Positions 35,791 through 49,765 of a stretch of 64,000 nucleotides of DNA are shown piece by piece. The first letter of the stretch is position 1. Each line of letters opens with the position of its first letter. Origin of the DNA: Bugula neritina (lineage: Eukaryota > Animalia > Bryozoa). The stretch lies in the NCBI GenBank assembly GCA_964035545.1, contig OZ037772.1, forward strand, positions 4,183,538 to 4,247,537, in the 5' to 3' direction. The translations under genes were made by a program, and so were the position numbers. The notes beneath the pieces were generated by a model that did no database searches, was not told the origin of the DNA, and saw only the letters and a list, made by a program, of their open reading frames with translations.

Positions 35791-36440
35791 CTTACTTGAC
35801 TTACTTGAAGATGCAATCACGTTAGACCACTATATTAGTGTAAGCGACGTGCCTCGTTTGGTGAACAGAATTATTAAATGTAGTTAATACTTTTATCGCA
35901 TAAGTGCAGTTCTGTTTTAAGACTTTGGTGCCAGTACAGGGCCTTATGAGTCCTGTCTGTGAGCAGCATTTGATGTTATTTTCATATCACGTATTGTTCT
36001 GGGTAGGAAGCTGGCATGAAATAGTGAGGTGTTGGTTCTAAAAGTGGTGGGCATGCCATTTGACTGGGACCTGGTGGTAACTGATGTAGTCGGCTGATCG
36101 ATGAGGTGTTCATACGACTTTGAGAGTGAAGGATGATATTCCTCTTTGGCCAGGATCCGCATCAAGAGACTAAGTGGTAGGTCTTTGCGCCTGTTTTGCA
36201 GGGGGGCTAATCCAAGCCTAGATCTTGCCTCATCTGAGCCAACCCTGCCTTTAATACCTGCCACAAATCTCACAGCCTGCTCTTGCACTTGCTCAATATC
36301 TACTACAGCCTTCTTGGAGCTGGGGTCCCACACAGCAGCAGCATATTCTAGGTGAGGACGACACAGGGCTTTGTATGCTATTAACTTCGCCTTTTCTGGT
36401 GCCCAATACAGTGCCCTTTTAATCATCCCGAGTTGTCGTT
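35791..36440 (-). mobile_element. 5'-truncated CR1-like LINE 3' end
   Basis: LGMIKRAL...AYKALCRPHLEYAAAVWDP...IEQVQEQAVRFV...SFLPRTIRD; tail repeat TCAAGTAAG x2. Confidence 0.88.
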
Positions 36441-38687
36441 ATCGCGATACAATTATAAATGTTCTTAATTCAATCAATATTATGAAATAATTAATGTAGG
36501 AAATTCAATTTTGACTATATAGAATAATCTCAATCTGAATAAGTATTATTTATTTATTGTAACACTTGCACATCGTCTTACTCTTACTCTTAGTCAGATA
36601 ACATAGTACATACTGATACTCATACTCATACTGATACTCAATCCCATACTCAATCTCATACTGAGTCTGATACTCATAGTCATAGTGATAGTCTTTGCCA
36701 GATTATTGCTAGATAATTTAAGCTAGTACTAGTACTACTACTAGTAGTACTAGTACTAGTAGTACTACTACTAGTACTAGTAGTAGTACTAATAATCACA
36801 GTACTAAAGTAAATTAGTAGTACTAATAGTAATAGTATTAGAGTAATACTAATACTAATAGTAATACTACCACTAGTAGTAGCAGTAGTGCTAGTAGTAG
36901 TAGGCTACATGATGATGATCATTATGATTATGATTATGAAGGTGGTTATTACTATAACTGTTACGGTATGAGTATAACTATAACTGTATTAGTATTTGGT
37001 TTTATTTTGCATTGCTAATTGAAGACGATGCGTTAAAATTAACTGTTTCTCTCTTTTCTAAATTACATTTCAAGTTGCACACTACTAGACATATATGCTT
37101 TCAATTTTTTGGTCTATCTTCAAGTTGTGAAACTTGACCAGTATGACTACGACTAACTGTAACTAGAATAAAATATTGAATAATAGAGAAGTTCCATACC
37201 GTTACACCTCCTTTGACTTGTGCTACCGTCGGTAGTGCTAAAAGAGTGGAGCCAAAGAAAAGCATCATCACAGAATTCACAGCCTGCTGGTTTGAGATTT
37301 TTGTGGTCTAAAGATTGTACTGGGTTACAGAGATCTTTTTCCGTCTGTGAATTTTTGATCCCTGCGGTTGTTTCTGGCTGTGGGTAGTTGGGGGTGTTGA
37401 GGGAGTGGGCTCACTGGGTAGGCTATATTATTGTAATCATATTAACCAACTTGACAGTTTACTAATTCATTGTCTAACTCTGTCTGTCTTAGTCTAGTAA
37501 CACTATTTATTTATTTATTTACTTATTAATTTATTTATTCGACTAAATCTTGTCTGTCTTTGTCTAGTAACACTATTTATTTATTTATTTACTTATTAAT
37601 TTAATTAAATTACTAGTTTATATTACCAAGTTATATTACTAGTTTATACTGCTAGTATTCAACAACTATTCTCCATCACATCTCAACTCTGACGCAACTA
37701 CACTGACTAAACATCGGTATAGTTTATAGTTTATGTTGAACTCTTCAGACCCTGAGAACTGTGCGTGTGGCTTCACCTGCGAGTGTGGTGCCTGTGTTTG
37801 GGTATGTGACCTTGACAGAAACTGTGGGAAGCTGCAGATCTGTTTGGAGAAAAGATGTTATCAGCAGGCCTCACCAGATGACAGAACAGTTGTCTGGGTT
37901 CTTTATCACTCAGAACTAGTAGAATGTTCTTCAGGTTTGAATGCGAAATCTTTGTTCTAAACTCTATTAGAGTTTAAAAGTGTTGCTTTTTGTTGTACTC
38001 ATATCTGTGCTGGCCAGGATTTTTGAATGATTTTTGTAATGTATTTACATAACAGAGTGTAACCTTAAAGCTGAATTTGCTTTATTTTCTACATATTTTG
38101 GTTTGCGATTTTTCAGTAGAAACGAGGCATCACACTTGGTGTGATTATCAGCATTTTTTGCAGGTGCTTCTATCCGTGTACTGACAACACAGCCTGTCCT
38201 AGTGATGGACAAATCTGTCACCATGGTGTCTGTAAAGAGGGCTGTCAGGTGAGTAGTCGCTATGACCTACACTGCGAGTTATTGATGACTTTCATACTAT
38301 GAGTTGTGACTGCCTACTATAATTTATACTGCGAGTCCAAGTAGCTGCTGTAACTTATGCTGTGAGTCATGACTAACTGAAATCACTTATACTGTGAGTC
38401 ATGACTAACTGATATCACTTATACTGTGAGTCAATTATCAAAAATAGCAAAGAAGTAGAGATATGTTGTGTATGTGAGATATGTGAGGTTATTTAGTGAC
38501 TAGTTCGCTATTTATAGAGTTTTGTTTCTATTAATAGACTGTACTGAAAATGAACAATGTGGATCTGAGTTTACTGAATGCATATCCAACATATGCTATC
38601 AGCTTTATCCTCTCAACAATCCAGATCTTTCTGATGCTGAGCAGGACAGACTCTTTGATGATCGGCTGGATCTACAGAATGATGGTA

Positions 38688-40595
38688 AGTTACTCTGTTA
38701 GTACAGTTACTCTGTTAGTATAGTTACTCTTTTAGTACAGTTACTCTGTTAGTATAGTTACTCTGTTAGTATAGTTACTCTGTTAGTATAGTTACTCTGT
38801 TAGTATAGTTACTCTGTTAGTACAGTTACTCTGTTAGTATAGTTACTCTGTTAGTATAATTACTCTGTTAGTACAGTTACTCTGTTAGTACAGTTACTCT
38901 GTTAGTATAGTTACTCTGTTAGTATAGTTACTCTGTTAGTATAGTTACTCTTTTAGTACAGTTACTCTGTTAGTATAGTTACTCTGTTAGTATAGTTACT
39001 CTGTTAGTACAGTTACTCTGTTAGTATAGTTACTCTGTTAGTACAGTTACTCTGTTAGTATAGTTGCTCTGTTAGTATAGTTACTCTGTTAGTATAGTTA
39101 CTCTGTTAGTATAGTTACTCTGTTAGTACAGTTACTCTGTTAGTATAGTTACTCTGTTAGTATAGTTACTCTGTTAGTACAGTTACTCTGTTAGTACAGT
39201 TACTCTGTTAGTATATTTACTCTGTTAGTACAGTTACTCTGTTAGTATAGTTACTCTGTTAGTATAGTTACTCTGTTAGTATAGTTACTCTGTTAGTATA
39301 GTTACTCTGTTAGTACAGTTACTCTGTTAGTATAGTTACTCTGTTAGTATAGCTACTCTGTTAGTATAGTTACTCTGTTAGTACAGTTACTCTGTTAGTT
39401 TAGTTACTCTGTTAGTATAATTACTCTGTTAGTATAGTTACTCTGTTAGTACGGTTACTCTGTTAATACGGTTACTCTGTTAGTATAGTTACTCTGTTAG
39501 TTTAGTTACTCTGTTAGTATAATTACTCTGTTAGTATAGTTACTCTGTTAGTACGGTTACTCTGTTAGTACGGTTACTCTGTTAGTATAGTTACTCTGTT
39601 AGTATAGTTACTCTGTTAGTATAGTTACTCTGTTAGTACAGTTACTCTGTTAGTATAGTTACTCTGTTAGTACAGTTACTCTGTTAGTATAGTTACTCTG
39701 TTAGTATAATTACTCTGTTAGTACAGTTACTCTGTTAGTATAGCTACTCTGTTAGTATAGTTACTCTGTTAGTACAGTTACTCTGTTAGTTTAGTTACTC
39801 TGTTAGTATAATTACTCTGTTAGTATAGTTACTCTGTTAGTACGGTTACTCTGTTAATACGGTTACTCTGTTAGTATAGTTACTCTGTTAGTTTAGTTAC
39901 TCTGTTAGTATAATTACTCTGTTAGTATAGTTACTCTGTTAGTACGGTTACTCTGTTAGTACGGTTACTCTGTTAGTTTAGTTACTCTGTTAGTATAATT
40001 ACTCTGTTAGTATAGTTACTCTGTTAGTATAGTTACTCTGTTAGTTTAGTTACTCTGTTAGTATAGTTACTCTGTTAGTTTAGTTACTCTGTTAGTATAG
40101 TTACTCTGTTAGTACAGTTACTCTGTTAGTATAGTTACTCTGTTAGTACGGTTACTCTGTTAATACGGTTACTCTGTTAGTATAGTTACTCTGTTAGTTT
40201 AGTTACTCTGTTAGTATAATTACTCTGTTAGTATAGTTACTCTGTTAGTACGGTTACTCTGTTAGTACGGTTACTCTGTTAGTTTAGTTACTCTGTTAGT
40301 ATAATTACTCTGTTAGTATAGTTACTCTGTTAGTATAGTTACTCTGTTAGTTTAGTTACTCTGTTAGTATAGTTACTCTGTTAGTTTAGTTACTCTGTTA
40401 GTATAGTTACTCTGTTAGTACAGTTACTCTGTTAGTATAGTTACTCTGTTAGTACAGTTACTCTGTTAGTATAGTTACTCTGTTAGTACAGTTACTCTGT
40501 TGGTACAGTTACTCTGCTAGTACAGTTACTCTGTTAGTATAATTAATCTGTTAGTACAGTTACTGTTAGTATAGTTACTGTTAGTATAGTTACAG
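38688..40595. repeat. 17-bp satellite array, about 112 copies, intronic
   Basis: Unit GTTACTCTGTTAGTA(T/C)A, starting at the exon's GTAAGT donor. Confidence 0.98.
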
Positions 40596-40699
40596 TAACA
40601 GTTTGCTAGTCATAATAACTTCCACTGTTAGTTGCTTAACAAGTTATTCTACATCTCTTGTAGCCACAACCAAAGTGGTGTCTATATATCCTGCTAGTG

Positions 40700-41172
40700 A
40701 CTTGAGTAATGACTCATATGTAATTGTAATTAATTACATATCTAATGTAATTGATTTTTGCAATTACTTTACAATTACATCTCAATTACTTTAAACTTTT
40801 AAATCTTAAAATCTTAAGAAATTTATTCTTTTTTAGCATGACTACTGTTAAATAACAAGTACAGATTACGTCAACGTTGTATAGTATCACTTTTGCGAAC
40901 AAAGCACGTTCACCCCTGTCAAAATTGCCCCTGCTAGGTGGACCCTAGAGGTGAAATTTCATAACTTCCATTTGTCCTTTGTGAGAACAAAAGTAATTGT
41001 AATTGTAATTATTTGCATTGCCATGTAATTGTAATTAATTGCTTTACAATATAGTTTTGTACTGTAATTAATTACATTTATTTCAACTGTAATTATAATT
41101 ATAATTGTAATTGACAAATTATCATGTAATTGTAATTAATTACATTCACATGTAATTGACCCCAACAACCCT
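40700..41172. mobile_element. MITE-like element rich in GTAATT subrepeats
   Basis: Clusters of TGTAATTGTAATTAATTAC at both ends; right end GTAATTGACCCCAACAACCCTG. Confidence 0.5.
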
Positions 41173-44100
41173 GATTTATTATGGAGCTCATACTTTTATT
41201 GTTCAAGGTCTAGATGTATTCTCCACCATGTTTTTACTAGAAGTAAACTTTAATTTGGTAATAAGTATAAAATAAACTGTTGTTTCGCATTGTACAGTTT
41301 ACTATTGCCTGAATATTGTATTGAGAATATTGGCTTAACAATTCCAGTGCAGCGATGTGATTGGCCTGACAATATCAAAGTAGTGATGTGATTGGCTACT
41401 CTGTTCTGTTTTGCAGGGCCATGCCTACTTGTATTATGTGTTAATCTTGTTTTGCAGTGAACAGAAAGGGATAATGGGTCCCAAAAGACACCCGGGATCT
41501 TACCATGGAGAGGAAGGGTTCACCCGATGTTGATGGCCTGCCTGGTATATCCGGCAATCCTGGAGATGCAGGAGAAAGGAGACCACCTTGTTTGTCAGGA
41601 GATACCGGACTTTTTGGAGAACCAGGTGATGTTTATGCTCAATTGAGTTCAATCTGTCAAGTTATGTTGGGATCTTTTTCGTTTTCGTTATTTTATGTTT
41701 GTTACGTGGAAAAAGGAAAAAACTCTGTCTCGGAGCATTTTTGTTTTTTCAGAGGGCTTTGGATTATTTGATTATGGTCTACACAGGGGTGTAGACAAAC
41801 TAAACTACACAGGGGTGTAGACAGACTTAACTACATAGGGGCGTAGACAGACAAAACTTACTACAAACTTATAACTACCCTGCATCATGCTGTCATGACG
41901 TCTCTATTCTCTCCTATAATTTGACTTTTATTTAGCGAGCAGATTTCTAGTAGGCTATTCTATAGTGACCAGTCACACTGTTTATTGTCGCAACATAGAA
42001 ATCAAGTTGAAAACTAGTTGCACCTGTTGTGATGCTATCAATGGGTGCTTACAGGTAGAGACGGAGTACCTGGACCTGTTGAGATAGGATATCAGGGTAA
42101 ACAAGGAGATCAAGGTCCTGCAGGTAACAATGAGGAGTTACTCGCCCTTGCTTGTGTATTTCTGTTCTTTTTAGGTATTCTATAATATGCTGGGGTTTCC
42201 CTCACACTTATGCTATATGCTGGGATTTCCCTCACACTTATGCTATATGCTGGGGTTCTCCTCGCAGCTAGTCTGCACTAAGGCAGTGAGTAGGCTAAGT
42301 AATCATATTGAATCCCAGCAGTGATTGTTAATTCAACTGACAGGATTACTGTGTATGATAGTTGCTCTGACTGGTCTCCATGGATCATTTGTACCATACT
42401 GTTTACCACATGATGCAATGTCTGAGTAAAAACAAGGAAACAAAGAAATATACCAGAAATGTTGAGAAATTTTGTGTTCCAGAATTAATAAATGACTGCT
42501 TGTAATGCATACTGGTGTTGCTTGGTTCATAGGACAAGCCGGACAAGCTGGAGAACCCGGTCTGCATGGCAGAAATGGAAAGACAGGAGAAACTGGACCA
42601 GCTGGTATGCCTGGTCCAACTGGCTCAAGGGGGGTCACAGGAGAGCCCGGATCTGATGGAAGGTATTTTTTGTGCTTTACTTCGCCCTATTCAGCTTCTT
42701 TGAACTTTTTATTTGATTTAGTTTTTATAATTTGTTGTCAATTTTTTCAGAGACGGTTTACCTGGAGTACTGGGTGCTGATGGTAGACCTGGGGAGCAGG
42801 GTGATCAAGGACCTCCTGGCTCCATGGGTCCAGTGGGAATCCCCGGTAACACTTACACTGCTAACAGGTTATTGTTACTCATCTTGTTAGTTTAGTGGTA
42901 ATAAACCAATAGTCTGTATTTCTAGGGTGAACAAGGGAGAGATGGGGAAATGGGTAGTCCTGGCAGACCTGGACCACCTGGTGAAGCCCCAGTATTTGGT
43001 TAGTTATTAGCAAAACCAAGTTATTGTTCATTACTTGTATCTTTTTCATTCTCTTTCAACTGTTTATTGGTAATATTTTGGGAATTTCATCTATAGCCTG
43101 TGATTGAAACTTTATTTTATTCTACCATGGGTTATGTTAGGTGCTCCCCTATGATGATGAGTGCAATGATGTCCAACGGTAAAGGTGTACAAGCAGATGA
43201 TGCAGGCGCCAACAATGAGCTCTATAATATGTACCTCAGTGAGTAATGGCCATGATGTGATTTGATGTTGCCTGCTTTGTAGTGGAAAGGCCTTTTTGAA
43301 TGCTGTTTTGGAACTCAAATGACAGACTCGTTTCGAATTGTTTATGTTTTTACAGACAAACAATTTTATAATTAACTGCTAGAAACTATTGTAATAAAAA
43401 TAGAGACAGCTGTTGTAATGTATTTCTCCTCCTAGCATTGATGATTGACATTCTTTCTTGATGAGTCACCTATTTAGTTCGCTTCTTCAGTCAAATGTTT
43501 CTACATTCTGACATATTATATAATGCTGATTTTATTGCTGTTAGCTTACATAACTACTTCCACCTTATTTCTCTAGAAATGTAAGTAAGGGACGGGTCCA
43601 AAGACAGCCCTGTTATAGAGACTGTAGAGAACTCTTCACTGAAAACCCAGAGTTCAAGAGTGGAACTTATTGGGTGAGAGAAGATGCTGATATGTTTCTA
43701 TTTTCTCTGCTCAGAGGAAATCTGTATCCAAGTCTGATGACTGAAATTCTGTGAACATGTTTTATATTCTACAATTACTACTCCTGAGGTGTCAATATCA
43801 TGTCATGGGAAGTTTCCACAGATATTTAATGTTTAAGAATAAGAGTTTTCCCATGAGTTGCCTGTATTATATAATTCTGTATATTTAACAGCTGAACAGG
43901 TTTTAGAAGTTTTATGTGATGTTTGTATTGTGTTAGTGTGAAATAGAGAAGTTGTATTCTCTATTGTTTGTTGTCAGGTGGATACAGATGGTGGCTCCAT
44001 AGCTAATGCTATCCAGGCTTACTGTTGCAAGGAAATGAAGAGCACTTGTATCAATGTCAAAACCTCTGAGTTCGCCACCAAATCGTACGTCACCCAGCAG

Positions 44101-45364
44101 CTAGATAATCAGCCATTTGTTGCTTTAAACACATGGGAACAGCACTCGTAAGTGTTTATCTTGTATCAACCATGACTTTCTCAGTATTATTTTAGAATAT
44201 CCAAAAGTTTTTTTGTTGAGAATTGTCGCTATAGTAACATATTGGTTTCCTGTATGGATGTTGATAAGTGTTGCTATAGTAACATGTTGGTTTCCTGTAT
44301 GGATTGTAGTTTGAGTATCTGGCAGAGTTTTCCTAACTCAACTTTCTTCAAATTCACTCTGAGAGAGCAAACCCAGACTGACAGGCAATAGTCACTGCCA
44401 ACAGTTTATCAAATAGTCACTAGTTGCTAGTCACCAGATACTAGTCCTCTACTATGTTGCTAGTCACTTGATAATCTGAACAATCACAGGCCTTTTTAAA
44501 GCTGAGCAAGTTGTTGGTATGACTATTCCATTTGCTGATTGTAGATGTATAAACTCAGTGGCAGTAGAAGACGCATATGGTAGGAAGAATAAGTCAGTCA
44601 TTTTATATACAGCTGGTGATAAAGAATACACAGCAACAGATAGCAGGTTCCAATATTCTGCGCTGCAGGATGATTGCAAGGTATGTAAATCTGACCTATA
44701 TACTGCAAATCTGACCTATAAAGTGTAAATCTAATTTATATGGTGTAATTTCGATCTGCACTTGAACATGATTGCGATAGTTGCATCTTTTTTTCTGTTA
44801 ATATGCAATATAGCTTGCCTTTGAGTCTTTTTAATAACTACTTATGACTTCAACCCAAAAGCCACTTTGAGTGCTGTACGAGTTTAGAGTTTTGAGTTTG
44901 CTGTCTGCCATTTTGTAGTATGCCAAATCATCAGAAGCTCAGACAGAGATTGACACCAAGACCGCCACCCACTTGCCTATTATTGACATTGCTCCTGGTG
45001 ACTTCGGGACCACCCACAAAGAGTTTGGGGTTCAGCTAGGGAGGGTGTTATGCCCCTCCCTGTGACTTTATATATTTAGAAACTGTTGTTAATTTAGTAA
45101 TTCTGTTGGTGCATTTAACAGACGCTAGTTAGACATTCCAGCATAGCAATACATAAATAATGTAAATTTCATAACAAAATCACTCAGCCATACGCAACTA
45201 TCTGATGCGCGTAGCTTGCACTACGTGAAACAATATTGTAGTCAATAAAATGAATATATAAGTTTATTATTATATTCGAAATTGTATCAGTACCAAATAT
45301 AAATACTCTACTTTTCAAAATATTGAGTCCTTTTGATTAATTTTTTAATCGTAGAAACTAAACA

Positions 45365-45378
45365 TATATATATAATAA

Positions 45379-45465
<87 letters not shown>

Positions 45466-45510
45466 TTATATATATATATATAATTAATATATTTATATAT
45501 ATATATATTA
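45365..45510. repeat. (TA)n microsatellite
   Basis: Long interrupted TA run. Confidence 0.95.
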
Positions 45511-45797
45511 ATTATCCTCATGCAGCCCAGAGAGAAACTCAGTCATCATGATCTTCAATGTAAATAATTTTAATATAAAATAATACATATTATGATATAA
45601 TATAATATTATATTACTCTTTCGGGATAATTATTCTATTTATACTAACACCTGTTTATTTGAAGTACTTTAATAAGTTTTACTTTCAATTTATTTCTCAA
45701 ACCAGCATGTCAGTTAAATATAAAAGTACAATCACACATACAACATGTAGACATGTAGTGATATACATTATAAAACATAATTATTATGTTGGTGAAA

Positions 45798-47937
45798 CGT
45801 TATACAGTATATTATGCTATACAGTATATTATGTTATACAGTATATTATGCTATACAGTATAGTATGTTATACAGTATACTATGTTATACAGTATACTAT
45901 GCTATACAGTATATTATGCTATACAGTATAGTATGTTATACAGTATACTATGTTATACAGTATATTATGCTATACAGTATACTATGTTATACAGTATTAT
46001 GTTATACAGTATATTATGTTATACAGTATATTATGTTATACAGTATACTATGTTATACAGTATACTATGCTATACAGTATATTATGCTATACAGTATACT
46101 ATGTTATACAGTATATTATGTTATACATTATATTATGTTATACAGTATACTATGTTATACAGTATACTATGTTATACGGTATACTATGTTATACAGTATA
46201 CTATGTTATACAGTATACTATGTTATACAGTATATTATGTTATACTGTATATTATGTTATACAGTATATTATGTTATACAGTATATTATGTTATACAGCA
46301 TACTATGTTATACAGTGTATTATGTTATACAGTATACTATGTAATACAGTATATTATGTTATACAGTATACTATGTTATACAGTATACTATGTTATACAG
46401 TATACTATGTTATACAGTATATTATGTTATACAGTATATTATGTTATACAGTATATTATGTTATACAGTATACTATGTTATACAGTATATTATGTTATAC
46501 AGTATATTATGTTATACAGTACCTATATTATGTTATACAGTATATTATGTTATACAGTATATTATGTCATACAGCATACTATGTTATACAATATACTATG
46601 TTATACAGTATACTATGTTATACAGTATACTATGTTATACAGTATACTATGTTATACAGTATACTATGTTATACAGTATACTATGTTATACAGTATACTA
46701 TGTTATACAGTATACTATGTTATACGGTATACTATGTTATACGGTATACTATGTTATACAGTATACTATGTTATACGGTATACTATGTTATACAGTATAC
46801 TATGTTATACAGTATACTATGTTATACAGTATATTATGTAATACAGTATACTATGTTATACAGTATACTATGTTATACAGTATATTATGTTATACAGTAT
46901 ACTATGTTATACAGTATACTATGTTACACAGTATATTATGTTATACAGTATACTATGTCATACAGTATACTATGTTATACAGTATATTATGTCAAACAGT
47001 ATACTATGTTATACAGTATACTATGTTATACAGTATACTATGTTATACAGTATACTATGTTATACAGTATACTATGTTATACAGTATACTATGTTATACA
47101 GTATATTATGTTATACAGTATACTATGTTATACAGTATATTATGTTATACAGTATACTATGTTATACAGTATATTATGTTAAGCAGTATATTATGTTATA
47201 CAGTATATTATGTTATACAGTATACTATGTTATACAGTATATTATGTTATACAGTATACTATGTTATACAGTATATTATGTTATACAGTATATTATGTTA
47301 TACAGTATACTATGTTATACAGTATATTATGTTATACAGTATATTATGTTATACAGTATATACTATGTTATACAGTATACTATGTTATACAGTATACTAT
47401 GTTATACAGTATATTATGCTATACAGTATACTATGTTATACAGTATATTATGTTAAGCAGTATACTATGTTATACAGTATATTATGTTATACAGTATACT
47501 ACGTTATACAGTATACTATGTTATACAGTATACTATGTTATACAGTATACTATGTTATACAGTATATTATGTTATACAGTATACTATGTTATACAGTATA
47601 TTATGTTATACAGTATATTATGTTATACAGTATATACTATGTTATACAGTATACTATGTTATACAGTATACTATGTTATACAGTATATTATGCTATACAG
47701 TATACTATGTTATACAGTATATTATGTTAAGCAGTATACTATGTTATACAGTATATTATGTTATACAGTATACTACGTTATACAGTATACTATGTTATAC
47801 AGTATACTATGTTATACAGTATACTATGTTATACAGTATATTATGTTATACAGTATATACTATGTTATACAGTATACTATGTTATACAGTATATTATGTT
47901 ATACAGTATACTATGTTATACAGTATATTATGTTATA
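45798..47937. repeat. 17-bp satellite array, about 125 copies
   Basis: Unit GTTATACAGTATA(T/C)TAT; the source of the spurious MLYSILCYTVYYVIQY ORFs. Confidence 0.98.
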
Positions 47938-47987
47938 TTAATCAACATACAAATGAGATGCTCTTGTCAGTCAATAATGATGAATAT

Positions 47988-48260
47988 TGTAGTAATTTAA
48001 GCAATTACTATGCGTGGGTTCCTAGCTTGTGATTATAGTCTATTTATCCACATCAATAAAGTATTTAAGTAAGAGCTTCCAAAGTTTATTCGCTACTAAT
48101 TATATAAAAGATACAGCACGTATACAGATTAGAGATTACATCTTCGCTTAGTTAATACGCTCTCTCTACTGACAAACTACTACTAGCTGAGGGTTATCAC
48201 GTGACGCCCTCGGATAGGCTGAAGGAATACGGGGGACGCGCGTATTACGTCCTCACTACA
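47988..48260 (-). repeat. 3' LTR of Gypsy copy 2
   Basis: Abuts the PPT complement CCGCCCCCCCC at 48261-48271. Confidence 0.97.
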
Positions 48261-48612
48261 CCGCCCCCCCCAGCAGAAAGCCCTACTTTCTGATAACACA
48301 GATACAATAAATTCGAACATAAAATGTTATAAAACTAAAAACTGAGCGAGCGTGTGGCACATAAAAGAAAAACATGGCTATGTACAGTAATAAGAAAACA
48401 TATACATATAAAAAAATATAACAGTAAATACACAATGGCACCGGCGGGAGGCACTTATAAGGGGACAGTTTATAGAGGTAGAGCTGTATACTGGTAGGTT
48501 ACTATATATTGTTACACTGAGTAATTGTTTGTGATCACCGGCATGAGAAGGGTCCGGAATGGGGCACCACCTGCAGTACCATCACAGATAGAGAGTTTGG
48601 GGGATATCATCT

Positions 48613-49700
48613 TCAAGCACTTCCTTTCATTCGGGCTACAGAGGTAGAGAGGGCCCGGAGTTCTGATGCGGCGGCGGAGATTCTCGGTGTCAGTCTTTGC
48701 ACCTCTTTCTCTAATTCTCGTATCCGCTCTTCTGCCTCGCCCAGATTCCGGGCAGGGGCAGAGTGTCGGTTGGGGGATGAAGATGGCCAACGCCGTTTAC
48801 GAGAAGGCCTTGGGGAGACAGGGGGGGAGGGACGCCATCGCTGTGGTATATCGATGCGTCGTAACACGACTCTTGGTATAGAGTCGGGGCGGGGCACTGT
48901 GCGTGCGGGGGTGAGGGACGGGGTACGTGTGGTTTCCTATATCCGGGTGGTTTAGGGCAGGGTCCCTGTGTGATGGTCCTGGGTGCGGGGAACTCCTGAC
49001 GCAGCCGTTCATAGCGAGCTGGGTCTGGTATGAATGGTCGGATGAGATTAAGGAATTGTGGAAAGGAGGGTTCGTCGACTTCGAAAAGGTGTCCAACATG
49101 GCATCCCATAGTTCGCTGGTGACGGAGGATGTAGTCCCTGTGGTAACTATATTCACCACAGGGACAAAAGGTGGTGAAATAATGTTGGGGAATATGGACT
49201 CGAAGTCTTCGTGGAGTAGTGAAGTGAACCTGGCATAAACGGCAGGTGGGGCATTGGTCGTCTCCCTTGTGCTCTCGTATCAGTGTTTCTGTATCTGGTG
49301 TAACCCAGCATGACTGCTGTAAGAGTGCCTCCGGAAGAGTAGTGGGAACGGGTTCCTCGTTCCAAGCCATTTCTAGTGACGGCATGTCACCAGAGAGAGG
49401 AGATAGAGCGGTATCTAAAAAAGCAGAATTACTGTTAGATCGAATGTGATCTTTACACCATAATTCTGATGACAACCGACTGTTACTAGTCTGGGAGTCA
49501 TACATCTTTTCAGATAGCACTCGAGGGACTGAGTCGTGTCGTGTAGACTGACAGAGAGACATAGTGTCAAGCTCCAGATCTAGTAGATCGTCGACCATCT
49601 TTATGCTCTCGTCGCCTTTCACGTAGGACTCAGTCCCCAGTAGTTGTGATTCAATCAAGGCGATTAAATCAGAACTGACTGATGGTAGACTGGTTTCCAT
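48613..49700 (-). pseudogene. ORF3 of Gypsy copy 2, split by a 1-nt indel in a C-run near 48905-48912
   Basis: ORFs 48711-49700 and 48613-48897 together rebuild the 362-aa protein of 2387-3475. Confidence 0.85.
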
Positions 49701-49765
49701 GAGTGGAAATGTTAGCTCAGAGCAAGCTTACCTGAGAACCCGGTATTTGTAATCATACTCGGCGT

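Larger units (their letters stand above)
37749..45065 (+). pseudogene. Decayed fibrillar-collagen-like gene: Cys-rich repeats, short Gly-X-Y domain, C-propeptide (COLFI)
   Basis: Cys-rich exons 37749-~37870, 38164-38248, 38538-38684. Gly-X-Y exons 41458-41625, 42055-42123, 42533-42662, 42751-42845, 42926-42998. Telopeptide 43141-~43238 (KGVQADD). COLFI exons 43577-43673 (DCRELFTENPEFKSGTYW), 43978-44147 (VDTDGG..NAIQAYC), 44310-~44380 (*LNFLQIHS), 44545-44680 (CINSVA...SRFQYS..QDDC), 44919-45065 (LPIIDIAPGDFG...EFGVQLGRV). Frameshifts, a TAA at 44334-44336 and Gly-to-Arg/Asp/Cys changes. Confidence 0.9.

Noticed and set aside
37195-37420. GC-richer exon-like patch, with a signal-peptide-like MMLFFGSTLLALPTVAQ on the minus strand
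   Set aside because: Stops nearby and no linked exons; cannot be assigned to the collagen or any other gene.
45333-45551. IYIYIY ORF
   Set aside because: (TA)n microsatellite.
45659-48032. Long overlapping ORFs of up to 446 aa (MLYSILCYTVYYVIQY repeats)
   Set aside because: Translation of a 17-bp satellite lacking stops on one strand; the same peptide appears in all three frames.
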